DNA from: Bacillota bacterium
GTDB taxonomy: Bacteria > Bacillota > Sulfobacillia > JAJZYS01
Length of the DNA stretch: 35,548 nt
Reading direction: 5' to 3'
NCBI GenBank assembly: GCA_021797925.1
Contig: JAJZYS010000002.1
Span: forward strand, 1 to 35,548
Made by a program: the position numbers and the translations under genes. The notes beneath the pieces are model-generated. The model did not search any database and was not told the origin of the DNA. It worked only from the letters and a program-made list of their open reading frames with translations. Positions 24,743 to 32,365 of the stretch are shown piece after piece. Every line of letters starts with the position of its first letter. Positions within the stretch are counted from its first letter, which is position 1.

Positions 24743-25723
24743 ATGAGCGAAGCGCGAGGGAAGAAGCACACCATGGCATTTGACCAGTCCCGGTGGCCGG
24801 AGTACTACCGGCAGATGTACCGGATCCGGCGGTTCGAGGAGATGGCGGCCCAGGCGTACCAGGACACGCTGGTTCGAGGTTCCCTGCACCTGACGATCGG
24901 GGAGGAGGCCATCGCGGTCGGCGCCACCGCCGCGCTCAGGCCCGACGACCTTGTCACCACAACCTACCGCGGTCACGGCCACACCCTGGCCCGCGGTTCG
25001 CCCCCGGGACCGCTGTTCGCGGAGCTCTTCGGCCGGCGCACCGGGGTGTGCAAGGGCAAGGGCGGCTCCATGCACTTCATCGACGTGGCCCACGGCGTCA
25101 TCGCCGCCACCGCCATCGTCGCCGCGCAGGTGCCCATGGCGGTGGGAGCGGCTCTGGCGGTGGAGCGCCAGGGGACCGACCGGGTGGTGCTCACCTACTT
25201 TGGCGACGGGGCCATCAACCAAGGCGCGTTCCACGAGGCCGCCAACCTGGCGTCGATCTGGAAGGCGCCGGTGATCCTCGTGTGCGAGAACAACGGGTTC
25301 TCGGAGATGAGTCCCACCTCCCCCATGCTCTCGGTGGCCCACCCCGTGGATCGGGCCGCGTGCTACGGCATGCCCGGGGAGCGGGTGGACGGCAACGACG
25401 TGGAGGCGGTGTACACCGCGGTGGCGCGGGCGGTGAAGCGCGCGCGCGCGGGCCGGGGGCCGAGCTTCATCGAGGCCGAGACCTACCGGTTCGTGGGGCA
25501 CATGTTCGGCGATCCCGAGGACTACCGCTCGCCCGAGGAAGTCGAGGAGCGGCGCAAGCACGACCCGCTGGTCCGGGCCCGGGCGATCCTGGTGGAGCGC
25601 AAGGTGGACCCGGCCCCCATCGAGGCCGAGGTGGAGTCGGAGCTGGAGCAGGCCTATGCTTTCGCCGAGTCGAGTCCGTGGCCCGACGCGGCGGAGGTGG
25701 AGGAGGATGTCTATGCCGACTGA
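24743..25723 (+). CDS. 2-oxoacid (pyruvate/acetoin-type) dehydrogenase E1 alpha, TPP-dependent
   Basis: 326 aa. Motifs HLTIGEEAIAVG and YRGHGH, and TPP motif GDGAINQGAFHEAANLASIWKAPVILVCENNG. Alternative in-frame start at ATG 24773. Confidence 0.85.
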   Translation: MSEARGKKHTMAFDQSRWPEYYRQMYRIRRFEEMAAQAYQDTLVRGSLHLTIGEEAIAVGATAALRPDDLVTTTYRGHGHTLARGSPPGPLFAELFGRRTGVCKGKGGSMHFIDVAHGVIAATAIVAAQVPMAVGAALAVERQGTDRVVLTYFGDGAINQGAFHEAANLASIWKAPVILVCENNGFSEMSPTSPMLSVAHPVDRAACYGMPGERVDGNDVEAVYTAVARAVKRARAGRGPSFIEAETYRFVGHMFGDPEDYRSPEEVEERRKHDPLVRARAILVERKVDPAPIEAEVESELEQAYAFAESSPWPDAAEVEEDVYAD

Positions 25724-26726
25724 ACTGGCCACGCGGACCCTGACGACGGCGGCTGCCATCAACGAGGCGCTGGCGGGGGAGATGGAGCGCGACCCCAGCG
25801 TGATCGTCCTCGGGGAGGACGTGGGGCACCACGGCGGGATGTTTGCGGTGACGCGGGGACTTTTGGACCGATTCGGCGCCCGCCGGGTCATCGACACCCC
25901 GATCTCGGAAACCGGTTTCATCGGCGCCGCCATCGGCGCGGCCATCATGGGCATGCGGCCCGTGGCGGAGATCATGTACGTGGACTTCACCGGCGTATGC
26001 CTCGACCAGATCATCAATCACGCGGCCAAGATGCGGTACATGTCCGGCGGGCAGCTCAAGGTGCCGCTCGTCATCCGGACCAATCAGGGCGCGGGCAAGG
26101 GGACCGCGTCCCAGCACTCGCAGACCCTGGAGACCATCTTCGCCCACATCCCCGGACTCAAGGTGGTCCTGCCCGCCACTCCGGCCGACGCCAAGGGGCT
26201 CTTGACCACGGCGATCCGCGACGACAACCCGGTGATCTTCCTGGAGCACAAGGCGCTGTACGCCGTGCGGGGCGAGGTGCCCGAGGGGGAGTACACGATC
26301 CCCTTCGGCAAGGCGCGCATCGCCCGGGAGGGGACGGACGTCACCGTGGTGGCCCTGGCGCGCATGAACCTCTACGCGGAGCAGGCTGCCCAGGTCCTCG
26401 CCGGGGAGGGCATCTCGGTGGAGATCGTGGATCCCCGGACCCTGACGCCGTTTGACACCGAGACGGTGTGCGCCTCGGTGGCCCGCACCCACCGCCTGCT
26501 GGTGGTGGAGGAAGCGGTGGCCTGGTCCTCGGTGGGCGGGGCCATCGTGCAGCGGGTGGTCGACGAGGCCTTCGACGAGCTGGACGCGCCTCCGCGCCTC
26601 ATCGGCGCCCGCTTCACCCCGGTGCCCTACGCCGAGAGCCTCGAGGGCGAGGCGCTGCCGGGGCCCGAGACGATCGCCGACGCCGTCCGGGCGCTCGTGG
26701 GGCGAGAGCGCCCCCAGGGGGAGTAG
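25707..26726 (+). CDS. 2-oxoacid dehydrogenase E1 beta
   Basis: ATG 25707 (or 25713) lies behind a GGAGGTGGAGGAGG run and overlaps the E1 alpha 3' end. Motifs VIVLGEDVG, VIDTPISETGF, MRPVAEIMY and FLEHKALY. Confidence 0.9.
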   Translation: MSMPTELATRTLTTAAAINEALAGEMERDPSVIVLGEDVGHHGGMFAVTRGLLDRFGARRVIDTPISETGFIGAAIGAAIMGMRPVAEIMYVDFTGVCLDQIINHAAKMRYMSGGQLKVPLVIRTNQGAGKGTASQHSQTLETIFAHIPGLKVVLPATPADAKGLLTTAIRDDNPVIFLEHKALYAVRGEVPEGEYTIPFGKARIAREGTDVTVVALARMNLYAEQAAQVLAGEGISVEIVDPRTLTPFDTETVCASVARTHRLLVVEEAVAWSSVGGAIVQRVVDEAFDELDAPPRLIGARFTPVPYAESLEGEALPGPETIADAVRALVGRERPQGE

Positions 26727-26727
26727 C

Positions 26728-27933
26728 ATGGCGGCGTCGGTGCGCATGCCCCGGCTCGGGGCCAACATGGAGGAAGGCACCGTCCTGCGGTGGCGCAAAT
26801 CGGTGGGGGACAGCGTGGCCAAGGGGGAACCGCTCCTCGAGGTGGAGACTGACAAGGTCAACGCCGAGGTGGAGGCGCCCCGGGCCGGGGTGCTGCTCTC
26901 CATCGAGGTGGCCGAGGGCGTCACGGTGCCGGTGGGGGCGCCCATCGCCACCATCGGCGAGGCGGGCGAGGTGGCGGCGACGCCGCCCGCCGCTGCCCCG
27001 GCGGGGACGCCGGCCCCGCCGGCGCCGGCTCCTGTGCCGGCCTCGACCGGCTCCGCGGCCGCTTCCGCGGCCCCGGCGGAGCGGGAGCGGCTGAGGGTCT
27101 CGCCCGCCGCGCGCAAGCTCGCGGCCGAGCTGGGTGTGGATCTCGCTGGGGGGGGGGGCACCGGTCCCCTGGGACGCATCGTGCGCGCCGACATCCTGCG
27201 CGCCCACGAGCATCCCCCGGCGCCGCCGTCGCCGGCGGCGACCCTCGTGCGCGGGAGCGCCTCGCGCATCCGGTACGTGACCGCCCAGCGGATGCTCGCG
27301 AGCCTGCAGGGCAGCGCGCAGCTCACGCTCACCATGACAGCCGACGTCACCCGCGCGGACGAGGTGCGCCGGGAGCTCACGGCCGCCCTGGGCGAGAGCG
27401 GCCCACCGGTGACGATGACCGCCGTGGTGATGAAGGCGGTGGCCCAGGCGCTCGCGGAGACGCCGGTGATGCGCCAGGCGTGGGACGACACCGGCCTGCA
27501 TCCCGTGGAAGGCATTCACGTGGGCATGGCGGTGGCCATCGACGAGGGACTCGTGGTGCCGGTGATGCGCGACGTGGACCGCCAGAGCCTTATCGCCGTG
27601 TCCCGGTGGATCCGGGACGTGGCGCAGCGGGCCCGGCAGGGGAAGCTTGCCCTGGACGAGCTCCAGGGCGGGACCTTCTCGGTCACGAACCTCGGGGCCA
27701 GCGGGGTCGAGTACTTCACCCCGATCCTCAACCCGCCGGAACCGGGCATCCTGGGGCTGGGCCGCGCGGAGCGGCGCCCGGTGGTGGTGGGGGACGAGAT
27801 CGCCATCCGCCTGGTGCTGCCCATGTCGCTGACGTGGGATCACCGGGTGGTCGACGGCGCGCCGGCGGCGGTGTTCTGCTCGCGCATCAAGGAACTCCTC
27901 GAGTCCCCGCTCCTCCTTCTCGCCAGTTCCTGA
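26728..27933 (+). CDS. dihydrolipoamide acyltransferase E2 (one lipoyl domain, PSBD, catalytic domain)
   Basis: 401 aa. Lipoyl-Lys context LLEVETDKVNAEVEAP, an Ala/Pro linker, PSBD SPAARKLAAELGVDLAGGGGTGPLGRI, and catalytic TWDHRVVDGA. Confidence 0.9.
   Translation: MAASVRMPRLGANMEEGTVLRWRKSVGDSVAKGEPLLEVETDKVNAEVEAPRAGVLLSIEVAEGVTVPVGAPIATIGEAGEVAATPPAAAPAGTPAPPAPAPVPASTGSAAASAAPAERERLRVSPAARKLAAELGVDLAGGGGTGPLGRIVRADILRAHEHPPAPPSPAATLVRGSASRIRYVTAQRMLASLQGSAQLTLTMTADVTRADEVRRELTAALGESGPPVTMTAVVMKAVAQALAETPVMRQAWDDTGLHPVEGIHVGMAVAIDEGLVVPVMRDVDRQSLIAVSRWIRDVAQRARQGKLALDELQGGTFSVTNLGASGVEYFTPILNPPEPGILGLGRAERRPVVVGDEIAIRLVLPMSLTWDHRVVDGAPAAVFCSRIKELLESPLLLLASS
27148..27158 (+). repeat. G11 homopolymer inside the E2 coding sequence
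   Basis: Eleven consecutive G (27148-27158) encoding the GGGG of the subunit-binding domain. Confidence 0.95.
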
Positions 27934-27951
27934 CGGCGGGTGGGTCGCCGT

Positions 27952-27983
27952 GCGGCTCCGGGTGAAAGTTCACCCGGAGCCGC
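27952..27983 (+). terminator. strong GC-rich hairpin after E2 (putative operon terminator)
   Basis: Perfect inverted repeat GCGGCTCCGGGTGAA (27952-27966) / TTCACCCGGAGCCGC (27969-27983), 19 nt after the stop. No U-tract. Confidence 0.6.
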
Positions 27984-28067
27984 GGCGTCATCCGTCGGCA
28001 CGGGGGAGACGGGCGAGCGGCGGCGAAGCTGATCCGAGGTCCAATCTTTCCCGAAGGAGACACGGCC

Positions 28068-28574
28068 ATGACAGGTTCCGCCTCGCCCGACGCCGCGTTC
28101 ATCGCCCTGGTGCGCAACCGGCTCCAGCGCGACCGGGTCACCCTGGCCCGCACCCTCTCGGTGCTCACGCCCCAGGACCTTGCCTGGCGGCCCAACGACG
28201 CCTCCAACAGCGCCGCGAACCTCGTCCTGCACATCTGCGGCGCCATGGAGCAGCGCTTCTCCTCCCTGGCCGGGCGGCCGGACAGCCGCGACCGCGACGC
28301 CGAGTTTGAGGACCGGGGCGAGCACACGGCCGAGGAGCTCGTGGCCCTCGTGGATCGCGCGGTGGCGGGCGCCGACGCCGTGCTGGAGGACCTGGATCCC
28401 CAACGGCTCGAGGACACCTGGGACGTGCGCGGTCAGCAGGTCCCCCTGCGCTCGGTGCTCTTTGACGCGATGTGCCACTTCGACCAGCATATCGGACAGA
28501 TCATCTACATCGGCAAGGCCCGCAGGGGGATGGAGTTTCCCGAGCTCACGGTGCCGCGCCGCAAGGGCGGCTGA
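28068..28574 (+). CDS. DinB/DUF1572-like four-helix-bundle metalloprotein
   Basis: 168 aa. AAGGAG 8 nt upstream of the ATG. DinB-type His pattern (NLVLHICG ... CHFDQHIGQIIYI) and LTPQDLAWRPN. Confidence 0.7.
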   Translation: MTGSASPDAAFIALVRNRLQRDRVTLARTLSVLTPQDLAWRPNDASNSAANLVLHICGAMEQRFSSLAGRPDSRDRDAEFEDRGEHTAEELVALVDRAVAGADAVLEDLDPQRLEDTWDVRGQQVPLRSVLFDAMCHFDQHIGQIIYIGKARRGMEFPELTVPRRKGG

Positions 28575-28913
28575 GGGGGCGCCGCGCCGGGCGGCGGCCG
28601 TGTCCCCAGGCTGCTTCCCGGTCGGCCGTGTCTGAATCCAGTCAGAATCTTTTGACCTTGCTGGCAGGTGTCCGGACGGGTCGCGTCGAAGCCCCGGCCA
28701 CCGCTGGTCAGCAGCCCACGCGGGAAAGAGCGGACCGCCGGGGTGAAAGGTCCGTCGCGCCCATTGCGCCGCGAGCGCTTCACACGCGCCCCCTGGTTCT
28801 CGGTGCTGACCGGCGGGTCTGTGTGCCGGCGGCGACCCCTGGCGCGCTCAGGCAGGCGGCCCCCGCCCGACCCCGCCGGCGGCGGTGGTCCCGGGCGGCA
28901 AGACGGCCCGGGG

Positions 28914-28942
28914 TTGCTAGCATCCGGCGGCGGTGGTATGGT
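28914..28942 (+). promoter_or_regulatory. sigma-A-like promoter upstream of the small-ORF cassette
   Basis: TTGCTA (28914-28919), 17-nt spacer, TATGGT (28937-28942), followed by AGGAGG (28951-28956) and the ATG at 28965. Confidence 0.4.
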
Positions 28943-28964
28943 GGCGCCGGAGGAGGCGGACGAC

Positions 28965-29147
28965 ATGCCCAACAAGCAGGCCGCCCATCGCAAACGCTAT
29001 GCCCTGTGGGTGGACCGGGACCTGCACCGCCGGTGGATGGACGCCACCCGCCGCACCGCCACCACCGCGAACAAGCGGATGGAGGCGTTCATGGCCCGCG
29101 AGACCGAACGGCTGGAGCGGGGCCAGGACGAGGAGGACGACCCGTGA
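28965..29147 (+). CDS. small ribbon-helix-helix-like DNA-binding protein (60 aa)
   Basis: AGGAGG 8 nt upstream. KRYALWVDRDLHRRWMDA looks like a beta-strand plus helix 1, and ANKRMEAFMARETERLE like helix 2. Acidic C-terminus. I recognise no family beyond the RHH pattern. Confidence 0.5.
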   Translation: MPNKQAAHRKRYALWVDRDLHRRWMDATRRTATTANKRMEAFMARETERLERGQDEEDDP

Positions 29148-29365
29148 GCGCGGCGCTGACCTCCTGGTTCGCGTGGATCGTGAGCGAGGTGAGCGTGCAC
29201 AACCCGGGGCTTGCGCCCGCGGCCTGGGCGGGAGTCCTCGCCGTCGGCGGATTCCTGGCGGCGGCGCTGCTCGGGCGCGTGCTGGCGGCGCTCCTTCGGG
29301 TCGGGATCATCGTGCCGGGTGTCCTGGTGGCGGCCAGCGTGCTGAGGGGAGGCCCGGCGCTGTGA
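29144..29365 (+). CDS. small hydrophobic membrane protein (73 aa, 2-3 TM)
   Basis: The GTG overlaps the upstream stop (GTGA). GAGGAGGA lies 5 nt upstream. Sequence LTSWFAWIVSEV...AAWAGVLAVGGFLAAALLGRVLAALLRVGIIVPGVLVAASVL. Confidence 0.5.
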   Translation: MSAALTSWFAWIVSEVSVHNPGLAPAAWAGVLAVGGFLAAALLGRVLAALLRVGIIVPGVLVAASVLRGGPAL

Positions 29366-29447
29366 GCCCTGGCACGGCGTGCCCGCGGGCGGCCGTGGGC
29401 TCCGGCGGGACGGGTCCGAGGCTTCTCGGGGCGCGGGGGTGGGTTGG

Positions 29448-29906
29448 GTGAGCTTCAACTCCAAGTGGGGGAAGAACTCCGGCCCGAGAGGGCGCCGCAG
29501 CGGCCTTGGCGGCAAGGTGCGGTCCAGGGGCCGGCCCGCGTATCTCAAGCCGCTGCGCGCCCCGGCGCAGCCCCCGCACGAGCCCGGGCCCGCCCCCCAA
29601 GGCCGGCGCCCGAGCCTTCTCACGTGGGTGCTGGTGATCCTGGGATCGATGGCGGCGGTGGTCGTCGCGGAGGTGCTCATCTGGTTCCTGGCGCCCGTGA
29701 GCGCGCGGGGGCTCAGCCCTTTCGGGCAGGTCCTGCTCCGGGGCGAACGACGGCCCGCCGTGGTGGTGACCCGTCACCCGAAGGGCGGGCACCCGGGTCC
29801 GACCCCCGTGCCCCGGCCGGCGGTCACGTCCCGGCTGACGCCCGCCAGCAGGGCGGCGATCTGCCGGGCCATGGGGGTGTCGGGCGGCGTCGACCACTGT
29901 CCATAG
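29448..29906 (+). CDS. hypothetical bitopic membrane protein (basic disordered N-terminus, one TM); start uncertain
   Basis: Frame of ORF 29379..29906 with high GC3. TM helix LLTWVLVILGSMAAVVVAEVLIWFLAPV follows an Arg/Gly/Pro-rich head. Candidate starts are GTG 29379, 29439 and 29448. No recognisable family. Confidence 0.3.
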   Translation: MSFNSKWGKNSGPRGRRSGLGGKVRSRGRPAYLKPLRAPAQPPHEPGPAPQGRRPSLLTWVLVILGSMAAVVVAEVLIWFLAPVSARGLSPFGQVLLRGERRPAVVVTRHPKGGHPGPTPVPRPAVTSRLTPASRAAICRAMGVSGGVDHCP

Positions 29907-30092
29907 CGGCAGGCCCTTGTGGATACGCGGACCCGTGGTCGCCTCCACGGCGAGCGTCTCGGCGTGGGGAGGGGGAGCGGCCGGAAATGACGCCGACGGG
30001 CCCGGCTGCCGCGCCGCGTCCAACCCCGGTCTCGGGACCCGGTGGCGGTGCGCCGTTCCCGGTGCGGCGCGACGAGCGCGGGCGGCGCCGGA

Positions 30093-30650
30093 CTACGCGC
30101 CTTCGACCAGGTCCTTCGCGGGCCGGGGCCACCAGAGCTCGATGAAGGAGCCGTTGCCGATGCTGCGGCGCTCGGCCGCAGGCCACAGGCTGTTGATGGC
30201 CCCACCGTGGGTCACGATGATGACCGTGCTGTCGCGGTGGCGGTGCGCGAGATCGTCCAGCGCCGCCTCCATCCGCGCGCGGACGCGCTCCCAGGCCTCC
30301 GCCCCCGACCGGGGGTCACCGAACTCGGCCCAGCCGTCGCGCACCTCGACCCCCAGGCGTCCCGCCAGCTCCAGCAGCGGCCGTCCTTCCAGGTCGCCCA
30401 TGTCGCGCTCGCGCAGGCGGGCGTCGAAGAGCAGGGGCAGCCCGGTCACGTCCGCGACCACCAGCGCCGTCTCGCGGGCGCGGCACAGGTCGCTCGCGTA
30501 GATGGCTGACGCGCGCTCGTGGCGCAGCTGGAACCCCGCGTGGTAGGCCTGCCAGCGGCCGAGGGGGGTGAGCGGTACGTCGGCGTGTCCCTGGATCCGC
30601 CGCTCGCGGTTCCAGACGGTCTCTCCGTGGCGCAAGAGGATGGCGCGCAT
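30093..30650 (-). CDS. histidine phosphatase (phosphoglycerate mutase/CobC-like) family protein
   Basis: ATG at 30650. 185 aa. The catalytic LLRHGET motif is followed by N and RIQG, and the second catalytic His lies in VIIVTHGG. The upstream part of ORF 30093..30926 is not used. Confidence 0.85.
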   Translation of the reverse strand: MRAILLRHGETVWNRERRIQGHADVPLTPLGRWQAYHAGFQLRHERASAIYASDLCRARETALVVADVTGLPLLFDARLRERDMGDLEGRPLLELAGRLGVEVRDGWAEFGDPRSGAEAWERVRARMEAALDDLAHRHRDSTVIIVTHGGAINSLWPAAERRSIGNGSFIELWWPRPAKDLVEGA

Positions 30651-30822
30651 GGCCGGTTCGCTCCCTTCGACGTGAAAGGTGGCGGATTCGCACCCACCGC
30701 CCGCGATTCCTTCCCCGTGCCCGCAATGCCCGGGCCGGGCGGTGCGCAGGGAATCGCGCCGCCCGGGTCGAAGGCTCCGGACAAGGCCCGGCGGCACCTG
30801 TCCGCTCCGCGAGGAGGTCTCC

Positions 30823-31899
30823 ATGCTGAAGGCGCTCGTTCTGGCGGGTGGCCGGGGAACCCGGCTTCGCCCCCTGACCCATTCCATGGCCAAGCAGCTG
30901 GTGCCGGTGGCGAACCGGCCCATCATCCATTACGCGCTGCGGCAGATCGCCGAGGCGGGCATCCGCGAGGTCGTGGTCACCCTGGCCCCGGAGACCGCGG
31001 GGGAACTCCGGGACAGCATCGGCGACGGGAGCGGGTTCGGCCTCGAGGTGACCTACGTGGTCCAGGACGCGCCCCGGGGACTCGCGGACGCGGTGCGGGT
31101 GGCCGAACCCCTCATCGGGCCGTCGCCCTTTCTCATGTTCCTCGGGGACAACCTCATCCAGGGCGGGGTTCGCGAGTGGGTGGAAGCCTTCGGCCGCAGC
31201 GACGCCGACGTGGAGCTGCTTCTCAAGGAGGTCGAGGACCCGCGGGCCTTCGGGGTGGCGGTGCTGGACGCGGCGGGCCGGGTGACGCGGCTGGTGGAGA
31301 AGCCCGCCGACCCGCCGTCGCATCTGGCGCTCGTGGGGGTGTACCTCTTCCGTTCCACCATCTTCGGGGTGCTCCCGGGGCTTGTGCCCTCGGCGCGCGG
31401 AGAGCTCGAGATCACCGACGCCATCGACGCCGTGCGCCTTCGCGGCGGGAGCGTCCGGGCCCGGATCCTGCCGGGGTGGTGGCTCGACACCGGGAAGAAG
31501 GACGACATCCTCGAGGCGAACCGCCTCGTGCTCGACGAGTACACCCGGCGGGACATCCAGGGCGAGGTGGACGCGGAGTCGACGGTCACCGGCCGCGTGA
31601 CGCTGGCCCCGGGGGCCCGGGTCACCCGCAGCGTCATCCGCGGTCCGGTGAGCATCGCGGGCGGCTGCACCATCACCGACGCGTTCATCGGCCCCTTCAC
31701 CGCCATCGGCGAGGGGTGCACCGTGGAGAACGCCTCGCTGGAGCACTCGGTGGTCCTGGGCGCCTCGCGGGTGAGCGGCGGAGTCCGGCTCGAGGACAGC
31801 TTGGTGGGGCGATCGGCCGTGGTGGGACGGGTGGCCCGCGACCACGGCGCCAGCCGGCTGTTCGTGGGCGACGACGCCGAGGTGTGGCTGAGGGCGTAG
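30823..31899 (+). CDS. rmlA: glucose-1-phosphate thymidylyltransferase, long form with C-terminal left-handed beta-helix
   Basis: ATG 30823 follows GAGGAGG. 358 aa. Motifs LAGGRGTRLRPLT and KQLVPVANRPII, plus C-terminal hexapeptide-like repeats. Confidence 0.85.
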   Translation: MLKALVLAGGRGTRLRPLTHSMAKQLVPVANRPIIHYALRQIAEAGIREVVVTLAPETAGELRDSIGDGSGFGLEVTYVVQDAPRGLADAVRVAEPLIGPSPFLMFLGDNLIQGGVREWVEAFGRSDADVELLLKEVEDPRAFGVAVLDAAGRVTRLVEKPADPPSHLALVGVYLFRSTIFGVLPGLVPSARGELEITDAIDAVRLRGGSVRARILPGWWLDTGKKDDILEANRLVLDEYTRRDIQGEVDAESTVTGRVTLAPGARVTRSVIRGPVSIAGGCTITDAFIGPFTAIGEGCTVENASLEHSVVLGASRVSGGVRLEDSLVGRSAVVGRVARDHGASRLFVGDDAEVWLRA

Positions 31900-31912
31900 A
31901 GGAGGCGGGCAC

Positions 31913-32365
31913 ATGGAAGGGGTCGTGCTCAAGGCGCTGGTGCGCCACGGCGACGACCGGGGCTTTTTCCAGGAGATCCTGCGGGAGGACGAGGGGCTCC
32001 TGCGCCGGTTCGGGCAGGCGTCGCTCTCGAAGACCTACCCCGGTGTCATCAAGGCGTTCCACTACCACAAGCGCCAGGACGACCTGTGGTTCTTTCCCGT
32101 CGGGCACGCGCAGGTGGTGCTCCACGACCTCAGGTCCGACTCGCCCAGCCGCGGCGAGACCCAGGTGTTCTACATGGGTGAGGACCTGCCGTCGCTGCTG
32201 TTGATCCCGGCGGGGGTGGCCCATGGCTACCGGGTCCTGGGACCGACGCCGCTCATGATCGTGTACTTCACCACCGAGGCCTATGTCCGCGAGGATCCCG
32301 ACGAGTACCGCATCCCCTGGGACGACCCGGCCATCGGTTTCGACTGGAGCACCCGGAACCGATGA
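31913..32365 (+). CDS. rmlC: dTDP-4-dehydrorhamnose 3,5-epimerase family cupin (short form)
   Basis: 150 aa. DDRGFFQE, FHYHKRQDDLWFFPVGHAQVVLHDLR and IPAGVAHGY. GGAGG 7 nt upstream. Confidence 0.8.
   Translation: MEGVVLKALVRHGDDRGFFQEILREDEGLLRRFGQASLSKTYPGVIKAFHYHKRQDDLWFFPVGHAQVVLHDLRSDSPSRGETQVFYMGEDLPSLLLIPAGVAHGYRVLGPTPLMIVYFTTEAYVREDPDEYRIPWDDPAIGFDWSTRNR

Noticed and set aside
28718-28760. GCGGGAAAGAGCGG...GGGGTGAAAGGTCC, which is reminiscent of the GGGAA / GGTGAAA core of cobalamin riboswitches, with a CobC-like phosphatase gene nearby
   Set aside because: I find no B12-box-like element and no conserved CCCGCCACTG-type segment downstream. The downstream genes are not cobalamin-related, and the phosphatase is on the other strand 1.3 kb away. 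Only an Infernal scan could revive this.
29774-29872. 32-codon minus-strand ORF (MARQIAALLAGVSRDVTAGRGTGVGPGCPPFG) and the palindrome GGTGACCCGTCACC around 29767-29780
   Set aside because: The ORF is too short and has no Shine-Dalgarno. It overlaps the 3' part of the + strand membrane-protein ORF, and the palindrome has a 2-nt centre that cannot form a hairpin loop. I kept only a note that the 3' half of the + ORF 29448..29906 is itself weakly supported.
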